Assembly (NCBI GenBank): GCA_027317865.1
Contig: DAHVQG010000007.1
Coordinates: 1 to 64,000, forward strand
Length of the DNA: 64,000 bases
Origin: Bdellovibrionales bacterium
GTDB taxonomy: Bacteria > Bdellovibrionota > Bdellovibrionia > Bdellovibrionales > UBA1609
Direction: 5' to 3'
The notes beneath the pieces are model-generated. The model saw only the letters and a program-made list of their open reading frames with translations, was not told the DNA's origin and searched no databases. The position numbers and the translations under genes are program-made. Of this stretch, positions 39,999 to 49,469 are shown in pieces. Each line of letters starts with the position of its first letter. The stretch's first letter is position 1.

Positions 39999-40982
39999 AT
40001 GGCTTTAGTTCCATCTGCAGTAAATCCGAATAGAAAGTTTGACACCGGTCGATTCGACTTTTTGGGTAAGGCAAAATATCTCGTTCCGTTGTCGATTATC
40101 ACAATTGTGGTCGGGCTAATTAACTTAGGTACTCGCGGCCTCAATTACGGTATCGACTTTGTGGGTGGTACGGTCATTCAAATTCAGTACGAAAAGCCCG
40201 TCAGCGCCGAAACTGTTCGACAGGTTCTCAATCACGCCGGCTATCAAAAGGCGATGGTGCAAACCTTTAGCAACAATCGCGATTTTTTGATTCGCACCGA
40301 AGCGCTTCGCGGCAAGACCCAACGGCAAAGCGACCAATTGCAAAATGCTTTGGTCAAAAAATTATCTGCGGCCCTTAGAACTGGTGTGGCTGGTAACCCA
40401 GCGCAAATTGAAAGTGTGAACTCAGTCGGGCCAGAAGTTGGCGCTCAGCTCAAGCGTAACTCGTTACTTGCGACGTTCTACAGTTTGCTAATGATTTTGG
40501 TCTATATTGGGATCCGCTTCGACTACAAGTACGCTCCCGGGGCGGTGTTTTGCCTAATTCACGATGCCGTCGTGACCATCAGTATTTATGCGATTTTTAG
40601 GCGCGAGGTGAATATGCAAACGCTCGCGTCGATTTTAACCCTGTTGGGGTATTCGACGAACGACACGATCATTACGTTCGACCGGATTCGTGAAAATGAA
40701 AAAGTGTACCGTGGTGAAAGCTTCTATAATTTAGTGAACCGTTCGGTGAACGACATGTTAAGCCGAACCCTTTTAACCGCGTTCACTACTGAACTTGCCG
40801 TCTGTGGTCTTTATTTCTTGTCTGGGGGAGTAATTAAGCAAATTACATTTACACTTCTTGTTGGGATCATAATCGGCACGTACTCGTCGATTTACATTGC
40901 CGCGTACATTGTCATTTGGTTCGATCGCCTTGAGAAGCGTAAAGCTCAGGCGCGATTGCAAACCGCCAAAGCCTCAAGTTAG
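39999..40982 (+). CDS. secF: protein translocase subunit SecF
   Basis: GIDFVGGT, VGPEVG, GYSTNDTIITFDRIRE, GTYSSIYIA. Confidence 0.96.
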   Translation: MALVPSAVNPNRKFDTGRFDFLGKAKYLVPLSIITIVVGLINLGTRGLNYGIDFVGGTVIQIQYEKPVSAETVRQVLNHAGYQKAMVQTFSNNRDFLIRTEALRGKTQRQSDQLQNALVKKLSAALRTGVAGNPAQIESVNSVGPEVGAQLKRNSLLATFYSLLMILVYIGIRFDYKYAPGAVFCLIHDAVVTISIYAIFRREVNMQTLASILTLLGYSTNDTIITFDRIRENEKVYRGESFYNLVNRSVNDMLSRTLLTAFTTELAVCGLYFLSGGVIKQITFTLLVGIIIGTYSSIYIAAYIVIWFDRLEKRKAQARLQTAKASS

Positions 40983-40990
40983 GTATTGCC

Positions 40991-42769
40991 GTGTCGGTGG
41001 GGGGGGATCAATGGGTCGCGCGTACTTCGCCGGGCGAAGTCCCTCCAGAGGATATCCCGCCAGCAATATGGAACGTCTTGCGAGCGCGAGGCCTCACTGA
41101 GCCTGATGAAATTGAAAAGATTTTGCATCCAAGACTGCGCGACTTAGCTCATCCGTTCTCGCTCGATCAAATGGACCGCGCGGTTCAATTGTTGATCGAA
41201 GCGCATAAGAAACAAGAACCGATTTTAATTTATGGCGATTATGATCTTGACGGCACTCCGGGTGTCGCTCTGTTGCGCGAGGGTCTTGAAAAACTCGGAT
41301 TTACCCATCTATTTACGGTTCAACCGTCGCGCATGAACGACGGTTACGGTTTGCACGCGCACCTGGTTAAAAAATTTAAAGATAGCGGAGTACGTATCGT
41401 CATCACCGTTGACGTGGGAATTACCGATGTCGAGGCGGTCGATGAACTGAAAAAAGACGGCATTAATGTGATCGTAACCGATCACCATCTCCCCAAAAGC
41501 GTTTTACCTGATGCATATGCAGTTGTGAACCCGAATAAGGGTGATTGTGGCTCGAGGCTTCAACATTTGTGCGGTACGGGGGTCGCATTTTATCTGGTAC
41601 TCGCTTTGCGTATGGAGCTTGAACGTCAGGGTTTGTTAAGTAAGCCATTTGATCCGAAAGACCTTCTTGATTTGTTTGCGCTCGCGACTGTGACGGATAT
41701 GGTTCCGCTTGTTAAAGAGAACCGGATTTTGGTTAAACACGGTCTTCAACGTCTCGCTCATACCGTTCGGCCGGGATTGCGGTTACTTCTGGGGGAATTA
41801 GGACTCTACGGCCGCGATTTAACTGCACAGGACATCGGATTTCGACTGGCACCCAAACTTAATGCGCTCACGCGGCTCGAGGGCGACTTGACCGCTTATG
41901 AAATTTTGACAGCAAACGAAACAAACGCGCGCGATCGGGTCAATCAGGCCCTGCATGTGAATGAAAAGCGGCGAGCGCTGCAAGCTCATGCGAAACAAGT
42001 GGCGCAGCAGTGGACTCAAGCTCATTTTCAACCCGGTGACCCGTGTCTTTTTGTTTATTCAAACGAATTTCATCCTGGAGTCATAAGTCTTGTTGCAAAT
42101 GACTTGGCTTCAGAATTTGACTTGCCAACTTTTGTGGGGGCGGTGTGTGAAGACGGGCGCATTGTTGGCAGCGCGCGTGCTCCATCGACCTTTGATAACA
42201 GTGAATTCAGTTTGCCCGAGATACTGCAACGAGCGTCGAGCTTTCTTACGCGATTTGGTGGGCATCGTCATGCTGCGGGTTTTGAACTCGATTTGAAAGT
42301 AGCTGAAGATTTCAGACAAGCCCTTAAAGCGGGTTTTAAACCGGCTGAAATGTCGAACCCTGTAACATCAGATGTGCCGTCAACATCACCTGAGTTAGAA
42401 CGAGAAAGTAAGACGTTATTTTACGATTCAGAGCTTGCGTTACATGATTTTTCGCATCGGTTTATGTCTTGGCATGAGGCAATCGGTCCGTTTGGGCCTG
42501 GATTTGAAGCTCCTTCATTTTTAATGCGTGGTCTGCGCATACGTGCGGTTCGAAAGCTTAAAAATAAATTTCTTCGGTATACCTTAACCGATGGCTTACG
42601 CGAACTTGAAGCGCCATGGTTTGAAAATCCTGTTGAATTTGAAAAGGGGACCAAGATCGATTTTATTTTTGAGCCGCAATGGAACGATTATAACGGTAGG
42701 CGGACGCTGCAGGCTCGAATTTTAGCGGCCCGTATTCATTCTTCGAGCCGCCCTTTTGAAACAGATTAG
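40991..42769 (+). CDS. recJ: ssDNA exonuclease RecJ
   Basis: YGDYDLDG, TVDVG, TDHH, DMVPL..ENR, GSAR, FGGH..AAG. Confidence 0.94.
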   Translation: MSVGGDQWVARTSPGEVPPEDIPPAIWNVLRARGLTEPDEIEKILHPRLRDLAHPFSLDQMDRAVQLLIEAHKKQEPILIYGDYDLDGTPGVALLREGLEKLGFTHLFTVQPSRMNDGYGLHAHLVKKFKDSGVRIVITVDVGITDVEAVDELKKDGINVIVTDHHLPKSVLPDAYAVVNPNKGDCGSRLQHLCGTGVAFYLVLALRMELERQGLLSKPFDPKDLLDLFALATVTDMVPLVKENRILVKHGLQRLAHTVRPGLRLLLGELGLYGRDLTAQDIGFRLAPKLNALTRLEGDLTAYEILTANETNARDRVNQALHVNEKRRALQAHAKQVAQQWTQAHFQPGDPCLFVYSNEFHPGVISLVANDLASEFDLPTFVGAVCEDGRIVGSARAPSTFDNSEFSLPEILQRASSFLTRFGGHRHAAGFELDLKVAEDFRQALKAGFKPAEMSNPVTSDVPSTSPELERESKTLFYDSELALHDFSHRFMSWHEAIGPFGPGFEAPSFLMRGLRIRAVRKLKNKFLRYTLTDGLRELEAPWFENPVEFEKGTKIDFIFEPQWNDYNGRRTLQARILAARIHSSSRPFETD

Positions 42770-42783
42770 AAAATAACTTAAGA

Positions 42784-43389
42784 CTAATTTTTGACGAAAT
42801 TGGTCAGCTGCAAGGTCACGTTGCCAAGCATGCCTGACGGTGCAATTTCTTGTACCATTCCGCCGACCGGTACGCTGCGATTGATCCAAATTTGAGAATC
42901 TGTATTTTGGGATGAATCGTGGAGCTTAATATACATACACACGAATGTGCCTTTCGGGACAGTGACGGTTGCCTTGTGCATAGCCACAACTTTTTCTGAA
43001 CCGGGGTTAGGCGGAGTTTGTGGTTTGCCGTTTACCAGCAATTTTAATATTTTGCCGATCGGGCTATATAAGACGTCAATTGTTTGTTTGCCCAACATGC
43101 TAAGGTTCATGTCCGTTTCAACCCAGTACCCTTGGCTCACTTGTTGCTTAACAAACATGTGTGAAGTACCGCTGATAAATCCCATATTCACGTTGTAATC
43201 GGCCGAATCGCCAACAGTGAAAATCCCGGACATAATCGTCTCGGACGTCATTTGTTTAACCACGGCGTGGGTGACGGCATTCGTTAACGCTTGGGCTTCG
43301 CTCGTTGCTAAATGCGTTGAATTAACAGTAGCGCCCCGGGCTTGAAAACCGAGAAGCAACGCCGCTGCGACAAAAAATGTTCGTACCAT
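42784..43389 (-). CDS. secreted hypothetical protein (DUF3108-like beta fold)
   Basis: SD GGAGG, signal peptide, VTVPKGTF.C motif. Confidence 0.7.
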   Translation of the reverse strand: MVRTFFVAAALLLGFQARGATVNSTHLATSEAQALTNAVTHAVVKQMTSETIMSGIFTVGDSADYNVNMGFISGTSHMFVKQQVSQGYWVETDMNLSMLGKQTIDVLYSPIGKILKLLVNGKPQTPPNPGSEKVVAMHKATVTVPKGTFVCMYIKLHDSSQNTDSQIWINRSVPVGGMVQEIAPSGMLGNVTLQLTNFVKN

Positions 43390-43466
43390 AAATCCTCCCT
43401 TTTATGTGCCGGTTAACCGGCTTTGTTCAAACCATCCTTGTAAATTGTCCATTTATCGAATCATGC

Positions 43467-44543
43467 TTAAAGAGCCGCGTCCACTAATTTTTTTGGCCGC
43501 TTGAGATGAATTATGAACGTTGTGCCCTTGTTTACGCCTTCGCTTTCGACATGGATGGTGCCGCCGTGCCGTTCGATAATTTCTTTTGCAATTGATAGCC
43601 CCAATCCAAGACCGCCAAGAATTTTTGAATCCTGTTTCGAAGTCTGCCAATACGTATCAAATAAATGCGGTAGCGCTTCTTTTGCAATCCCTCGGCCGGT
43701 GTCTTGCACAAATAGCGAAATGCGGTGATCGAGAGCCTTGGATCTGATCGTCACTTTGCCGCCTCGCGGAGTGAACTTTACCGCATTGGTAAACAAATTC
43801 CATAGGACCTGAATGAGCCGTTCATAATCCGCGTCGATATCGTTTGCGTTTTTGTCGATGATCACTTCTTTTTTGATTCCGCGTTCTTCGGCTTGGTTTC
43901 GAACAACGGACCACGCGGTTTCGATCGCTTCGTCAAGATGGACCGGGCGTATATTGAGTTCGAATTTGCCGCTTTTTAGGCGTGCCCAATCCACCAAATC
44001 ATTGACGAACATAAACTCAAGTTTGAGCGAACGTGAAATGGTATCAATGGCTATTTTTGCCGTTGTAGGATCTTCTGGCGACTGCCGCCACAAATCCGTG
44101 GCCATCGAAATCGTCGCGAGGGGGTTGCGTAACTCATGAGCGACTTGTGAAAATAATTGATCTTTTGTTCTGTTCATTGCTTCGGCCGCTTTACGGGCAA
44201 CGCGTTCATCTTCGGTCCTGCGCGCTTTTGAGACAATTTGGCTTACCAAAATCGCGGCGACACCGAACACCGTCGCCACCGTAACGTCGGCGAAACTCAA
44301 CGGCCCTAAATGGTAGCGGGGCGGCAGAAATAAAAAATCAATGGCAGCAACTGAACATACTGTTGCGCAAAGGCCGCCCCAGAGTCCACCACTCCAAGCA
44401 CTGGACATGACGACCATTCCGAACAGTATGTCGACTGTTTTGTCTAAATAAGCTTGCAAAAAAAACGAGACGAGTGCCGCAATCGCCGTCAATACGGTGG
44501 GGAGCACGAATCTCAAATAAAAGAGCCGACGGTTTGATTTCAT
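43467..44543 (-). CDS. sensor histidine kinase (DUF4118-type TM sensor, HisKA, HATPase)
   Basis: DFLFLPP, AHELRNPL, NLFTNAVKFT, DTGRGI, GLGLGLSI. Confidence 0.92.
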   Translation of the reverse strand: MKSNRRLFYLRFVLPTVLTAIAALVSFFLQAYLDKTVDILFGMVVMSSAWSGGLWGGLCATVCSVAAIDFLFLPPRYHLGPLSFADVTVATVFGVAAILVSQIVSKARRTEDERVARKAAEAMNRTKDQLFSQVAHELRNPLATISMATDLWRQSPEDPTTAKIAIDTISRSLKLEFMFVNDLVDWARLKSGKFELNIRPVHLDEAIETAWSVVRNQAEERGIKKEVIIDKNANDIDADYERLIQVLWNLFTNAVKFTPRGGKVTIRSKALDHRISLFVQDTGRGIAKEALPHLFDTYWQTSKQDSKILGGLGLGLSIAKEIIERHGGTIHVESEGVNKGTTFIIHLKRPKKLVDAAL

Positions 44544-44669
44544 GCGGAGTTATTTATAGATTTATTTAAGAAAACTTCAAAACAAGTTCTCGGTAGACGT
44601 GGTTAGGCGCCTGTGTTATCTACCCAAGGGGCAAGATATCTAAAATTTCAAATCGACGCGCGGGGCCGA

Positions 44670-45005
44670 ATGACAAAAATGAAAGCAGCAAAACAAAAAA
44701 AGCTAACACCGAAAAAGAAACATATTCAAAAGCCGGTTCGTAAACTCGCGCAAAATCCGGGTAAATTAAAAATGGTGTCGGCCCTTACGACGCAGGCCAA
44801 AAAGCGCGCCGAAAAATTAGATAAAATGCTCCTCAAATTGGCACCGGGCCCTTACACGCAAATCCTCAAGCAAATTCAGACGAGCAAGCGCCGAATCAAC
44901 GAAGAGCGGCAATTGGCACTTCAATTGGGTGAACGCATTCTTGCAAAGGCAAAAGAAGTTCGCGCTTCGATACCGTTGCCGCGAAGTCGAGCACCTCGAG
45001 GTTAG
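44670..45005 (+). CDS. small basic hypothetical protein
   Basis: Lys/Arg-rich ORF ending 3 nt before queC; start uncertain. Confidence 0.5.
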   Translation: MTKMKAAKQKKLTPKKKHIQKPVRKLAQNPGKLKMVSALTTQAKKRAEKLDKMLLKLAPGPYTQILKQIQTSKRRINEERQLALQLGERILAKAKEVRASIPLPRSRAPRG

Positions 45006-45008
45006 ATT

Positions 45009-45677
45009 TTGAAACAGCAAACCGTTGTACTGCTGTCTTCGGGGTTAGATTCAACCGTCAATTTTATGCAGGCGCGGCGCAATTTCGGAGTCAAACTAGC
45101 GGTCACATTTCAATATGGGCAGCGGGCATCAGTTCGCGAAGTTGAGCGGTCGCGATTAATTTGTGAACGTTATGAAGTTTCTCACAAAGTAATTGAGTTG
45201 CCTTGGCTTGCGGAATTGACTTCCACTTCACTTGTAAATCGTAATTGTGATGTGCCAACGGGAGAACGTTTGGCCATTGATGATGTTACGATATCGCAAG
45301 AATCAGCAAAGGCGGTATGGGTTCCGAACCGCAACGGAGTTTTTTTAAATATTGCGGCGAGTATTGCCGAATCAATAGGTGCCGATTTCGTTGTACCGGG
45401 GTTCAACAGTGAAGAAGCGGTTACGTTTCCGGATAACTCCGTGGAATATTTGCATGTGCTCGATCAAAGCTTTAGTTACTCAACCCTCACCCGGGTCAAA
45501 ACACTTTGTTTTACGCAAAACATGAACAAAAAAGAAATTGTACTACTGGGTCGCGAGTTAAGCGCACCGTTTGACCTCATGTGGCCGTGTTATTTTGGTG
45601 GCGCAGAACCGTGCGGTGAATGTGAATCGTGTTTACGCTTTAACCGGGCTATGGCGGGTGCGGAGTTGAAACGATGA
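45009..45677 (+). CDS. queC: 7-cyano-7-deazaguanine synthase
   Basis: LLSSGLDST, YGQR, VWVPNRN, FPDNS, C..G...CGECESC zinc site. Confidence 0.92.
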   Translation: MKQQTVVLLSSGLDSTVNFMQARRNFGVKLAVTFQYGQRASVREVERSRLICERYEVSHKVIELPWLAELTSTSLVNRNCDVPTGERLAIDDVTISQESAKAVWVPNRNGVFLNIAASIAESIGADFVVPGFNSEEAVTFPDNSVEYLHVLDQSFSYSTLTRVKTLCFTQNMNKKEIVLLGRELSAPFDLMWPCYFGGAEPCGECESCLRFNRAMAGAELKR

Positions 45678-46258
45678 AGTCAAAGTTTATCGAAAAATCT
45701 TTTTTATATGACGGCTCGCAACTGCGCAGTCTTTTTGCCTACCTGAATTTTGAACTCGAAGGTGATTCGATCGTCGCGTGGCAGGGTCCGTGCAACATAC
45801 CTTTTGATAAAATGATCGATGGCGAAGATCTGTTGGCGAAGAGCGCCATATGCGGCGAGAACATGCTCCATTTTATTGTGGAGCTATTTGGCGCTAGTCT
45901 GGCCCAATCGGTTGCGATGCAGCGGCTTCTGGCCTCGATGGCGTCAGATACACTTCAAGAAATGAACTCAACTTTGCGAATAGGCGCGGGACCAAATTTA
46001 CTACGACGTGAGGGTGACGATTTGTTTATCGGCGAGCGAAAACTGTCGATCAGCATTGCCACGGTTTCGCCCGTGTCGGCATTAATACATTTTGCAGTTA
46101 ACGTCGACAATCGCGGCACACCCGTCCCCACAATTAGCCTTTCAGATCTTAATGTTGCCGTTGAACCGTTTGCCAAGCGATTACTACAGAAGTTTGCCGA
46201 CGAAGCGGAGTCGATTGCGAGAGCCACTCGAAAGGTGCGGCCCACAACAAGCTTTTAA
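45674..46258 (+). CDS. DUF366 family protein
   Basis: YDGSQL, GDSIVAWQGPC, MIDGED, MLHFIVE, REGDDLF...KLSISIAT, IHFAVN. Confidence 0.8.
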   Translation: MKSKFIEKSFLYDGSQLRSLFAYLNFELEGDSIVAWQGPCNIPFDKMIDGEDLLAKSAICGENMLHFIVELFGASLAQSVAMQRLLASMASDTLQEMNSTLRIGAGPNLLRREGDDLFIGERKLSISIATVSPVSALIHFAVNVDNRGTPVPTISLSDLNVAVEPFAKRLLQKFADEAESIARATRKVRPTTSF

Positions 46259-46340
46259 AGCACAACCATAAGCTTTTCGAATTGACCGCAGACAAGCGAT
46301 TATATAATGCTGTGCTTTTGCATAGCCGAGGGGAAATGGC

Positions 46341-47897
46341 ATGAATAAACTTTTTATCCGCAAACCCATGAAGCAGCTCATAGCAGAAGGCGATTCGTCA
46401 GCTGAAAGCGGACCCGGGCTCAAACGTCACCTGACGGCGTTTAATCTCACGACGTTAGGCATCGGTGCGATTATCGGCGCTGGGATTTTTTCTTTAACCG
46501 GAATTGCGGCCGCCGATTACGCGGGGCCTGCAATCATTTACAGCTTTGTGATTAGCGGAATATTGTGCGCTTTCGCCGGTCTGTGCTACGCCGAAATGGC
46601 GTCGATGGTGCCAATCGCCGGCTCCGCCTATTCATATTCGTATGCAACGCTTGGTGAATTTGTCGCATGGATCATCGGTTGGGATTTGATTTTAGAATAC
46701 GCTTTTGGCGCCATTACGGTTTGCGAATCGTGGAGCGGCTATGCCTTGTCACTCCTGCAAAAAACGCTTGGCGTTCACTTCACAGACAAGATGATGTTGT
46801 TCACTAAAGGCCCGTGGGAGCACGTTACGCTTAGTTCCGGCGCCGTTGTTCATGGCGTTTGGAATCTGCCGGCTTCTCTGATTGCCCTTGCGGTGACGCT
46901 CGTTTTGATTAAAGGCATTAAAGAGTCTGCGACAATTAACAACATCATCGTCGTGACTAAGGTGGCCATCGTCGTCCTTGTTATAATCTTAGGGTGGGGT
47001 GTGATTAGCATGCATAACTGGCATGTGAACCCTACCGCAACGGGTCTCATGGCGCTTATTCCGCCGCCTCAACATGTAATGCGCGAACATCATATGATGA
47101 CCGTATTTGGTTTGCCGGGCGTGCTTACTGGAGCGGCAGTCGTGTTCTTTGCGTATATCGGGTTTGATGCGGTCTCAACGGCTGCGCAAGAAACGCGAAA
47201 TCCGCAACGAGATCTGCCAATCGGGATCCTTGCGTCTCTTGTGATTTGCACAATCCTTTATATATTGATGGCCGCGGTTATGACCGGGGTTGTCCATTAT
47301 ACAAAGCTTGGCGTGGCTGATCCCGTTGCAGTCGCTATTGATAAAATTATTCAGCTACGACACTGGCCACTTGCGGCCAAACTCCCGCTGGGTTTTGGTG
47401 TGAAGTTTGGAGCGTTGCTCGGCTTGACTTCAGTTGTATTGGTATTGATGCTGGGGCAAACGCGGATCATTTACACAATGGCGCGTGATGGACTGCTCCC
47501 CTGGTTTCATCGTGTGCACCCGAAGTATCAAACGCCCGCTATTGCGACAATTGTGACCGGTATTTTTGTCATGTTATTGGCTGGAGTCATGCCGTTATCA
47601 CTCGTCGGTGAACTTGTTTCTATCGGCACTCTACTTGCGTTTTCGCTGGTGTGTATCGGGGTCATTGTATTGCGAAGAATTGAGCCAAACGAGAAACGTC
47701 CGTTCCGGGTTCCCTTCTATCAAGTCATTGCACCACTGGGTGTAATCTCATGTATTTGGGTCATGACCGGTTTACCGTTAGATACATGGATACGTCTCAT
47801 TGTATGGCTCATTATTGGGCTCGTTATTTATTTTACATACAGTATTAAACACAGCCGTTTGCGAAACGGAAATGCCAATCACAACGAGCATAGCTAG
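46341..47897 (+). CDS. APC family amino acid permease
   Basis: GIGAIIGAGIF, GSAYSY, FFAYIGFD, E.RNP.RDLP, MARDGLLP. Confidence 0.93.
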   Translation: MNKLFIRKPMKQLIAEGDSSAESGPGLKRHLTAFNLTTLGIGAIIGAGIFSLTGIAAADYAGPAIIYSFVISGILCAFAGLCYAEMASMVPIAGSAYSYSYATLGEFVAWIIGWDLILEYAFGAITVCESWSGYALSLLQKTLGVHFTDKMMLFTKGPWEHVTLSSGAVVHGVWNLPASLIALAVTLVLIKGIKESATINNIIVVTKVAIVVLVIILGWGVISMHNWHVNPTATGLMALIPPPQHVMREHHMMTVFGLPGVLTGAAVVFFAYIGFDAVSTAAQETRNPQRDLPIGILASLVICTILYILMAAVMTGVVHYTKLGVADPVAVAIDKIIQLRHWPLAAKLPLGFGVKFGALLGLTSVVLVLMLGQTRIIYTMARDGLLPWFHRVHPKYQTPAIATIVTGIFVMLLAGVMPLSLVGELVSIGTLLAFSLVCIGVIVLRRIEPNEKRPFRVPFYQVIAPLGVISCIWVMTGLPLDTWIRLIVWLIIGLVIYFTYSIKHSRLRNGNANHNEHS

Positions 47898-47902
47898 AAC
47901 TG

Positions 47903-48475
47903 CTATAATGCGATGACTTCGATGAGTTCAGGCACGGCTTCTTTGAGCCGTGCTTCAACGCCTTGTTTGAGTGTCATCATGGAGCTCGGGCAACCGGAGC
48001 AAGAGCCCTGCATATAAAGATAGAGCCGGTTGTCTTCGTAGCGCTGAAATACAATATCGCCGCCATCCATCGCGACGGCTGGGCGGATTTCGGTATCTAA
48101 TATTTGCTTGATCGTTTTAACCACAGGGGCGTCGTCAACAGTTGAACTATCAGCTACGCCCATCGCTCCCTCAGGCTTTTCGGCAAACAGTACGCCTTCG
48201 CCGCGCTCCAAATGTTCCTCAATTAAATTCGCTAACGGATCAGCGAGTATCTTCCACTCAACCCAACTTTGCTTTGTCACAGTGACAAAATCGGGGCCAA
48301 TCAAAACGGCCTGCGCCCACGGAAAGCCAAACAGCTTTTGCGCTAGCGGAGAGCGCAAAGTCTTTGCGGGATCATCAAAAAATACCGTCTCAGACGCAAT
48401 CTGGCGGCCGGCGCAAAATTTCATCGAATTCGGGTTTGGTGTGGCTTCGTAAATTACGGTCATGGCCCTTTCCAT
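47903..48475 (-). CDS. nfuA: NifU/Nfu-type Fe-S cluster scaffold
   Basis: TPNPNSMKF (Nfu_N), IRPAVAMDGGDI, GSCSGCPSS. Confidence 0.88.
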   Translation of the reverse strand: MERAMTVIYEATPNPNSMKFCAGRQIASETVFFDDPAKTLRSPLAQKLFGFPWAQAVLIGPDFVTVTKQSWVEWKILADPLANLIEEHLERGEGVLFAEKPEGAMGVADSSTVDDAPVVKTIKQILDTEIRPAVAMDGGDIVFQRYEDNRLYLYMQGSCSGCPSSMMTLKQGVEARLKEAVPELIEVIAL

Positions 48476-48545
48476 TGCATGCTCTTTAAGAGCGCGATAT
48501 ACAATTGACTTTGTACTTATACCATATAACGCGAGGATGCGCGAT

Positions 48546-49469
48546 ATGACACCAAGAGTTCGAGAGATTTTAAGTTGGTACGGGGCTGAAAATCCTGGAG
48601 TTTTGACAAATTTAGCACGGATTCTCAATCACGGTCGAATCGGCGGTTCAGGTAAATTAGTCATTTTACCTGTGGACCAAGGTTTCGAACACGGACCTGC
48701 GCGCAGTTTTGCGAAAAATCCTAACGGTTATGATCCCAATTACCACATTCAACTTGCGATCGAATCGGGTTGCAATGCCTACGCGGCTCCGCTTGGTTTT
48801 ATCGAGGCGGTTGCGCGAGATTATGCCGGGGACATCCCGCTTATTTTAAAAATCAATAATTCCGATACGCTGATGAACCCAAAGGAAAATCCAATTTCTG
48901 CGGTTACGTCGTCGGTCGACGATGCACTTCGCCTGGGTTGTGCCGCGATTGGTTTTACAATTTATCCCGGTTCTACCGAGCGTAAACGTATGTATGAAGA
49001 AATTGCGATCTCGTCGCGCAAGGCGAAAGAGGCCGGACTGGCCGTCGTGATTTGGTCGTATCCCCGAGGTAAAGACCTTTCAAAAGACGGTGAAACGGCA
49101 ATTGATGTCATCGCCTATGCGGCTCATATTGCGGCAGAACTCGGAGCCAACATAATTAAAGTAAAACCGCCCACGGCGCACATCGAACAGGCCGAGGCAA
49201 AGAAAGTTTTTGAAGCCAGCGGTATTCGCGTCGAAAACATGGCGGATCGTGCGAAACATGTAGTCGAAAGTTGTTTCAACGGACGACGCGTGGTGATCTT
49301 TAGCGGTGGCCCGGCGAAGTCGACACCTGAAATTCTTGAGGAGCAGCGTGGTCTTGCCCGTGGCGGCGGCTTTGGTGCGATTATGGGACGAAATGCATTT
49401 CAGCGTCCGAAAAAAGAAGCAGTTCAATTAATTCACGACATTATGGATATCTACACTGGCCATGAGTGA
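48546..49469 (+). CDS. fbaB: class I fructose-bisphosphate aldolase (DhnA type)
   Basis: ILPVDQGFEHGP, GFTIYPGS, WSYPRG, IIKVK Schiff-base Lys, GRNAFQ. Confidence 0.92.
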   Translation: MTPRVREILSWYGAENPGVLTNLARILNHGRIGGSGKLVILPVDQGFEHGPARSFAKNPNGYDPNYHIQLAIESGCNAYAAPLGFIEAVARDYAGDIPLILKINNSDTLMNPKENPISAVTSSVDDALRLGCAAIGFTIYPGSTERKRMYEEIAISSRKAKEAGLAVVIWSYPRGKDLSKDGETAIDVIAYAAHIAAELGANIIKVKPPTAHIEQAEAKKVFEASGIRVENMADRAKHVVESCFNGRRVVIFSGGPAKSTPEILEEQRGLARGGGFGAIMGRNAFQRPKKEAVQLIHDIMDIYTGHE

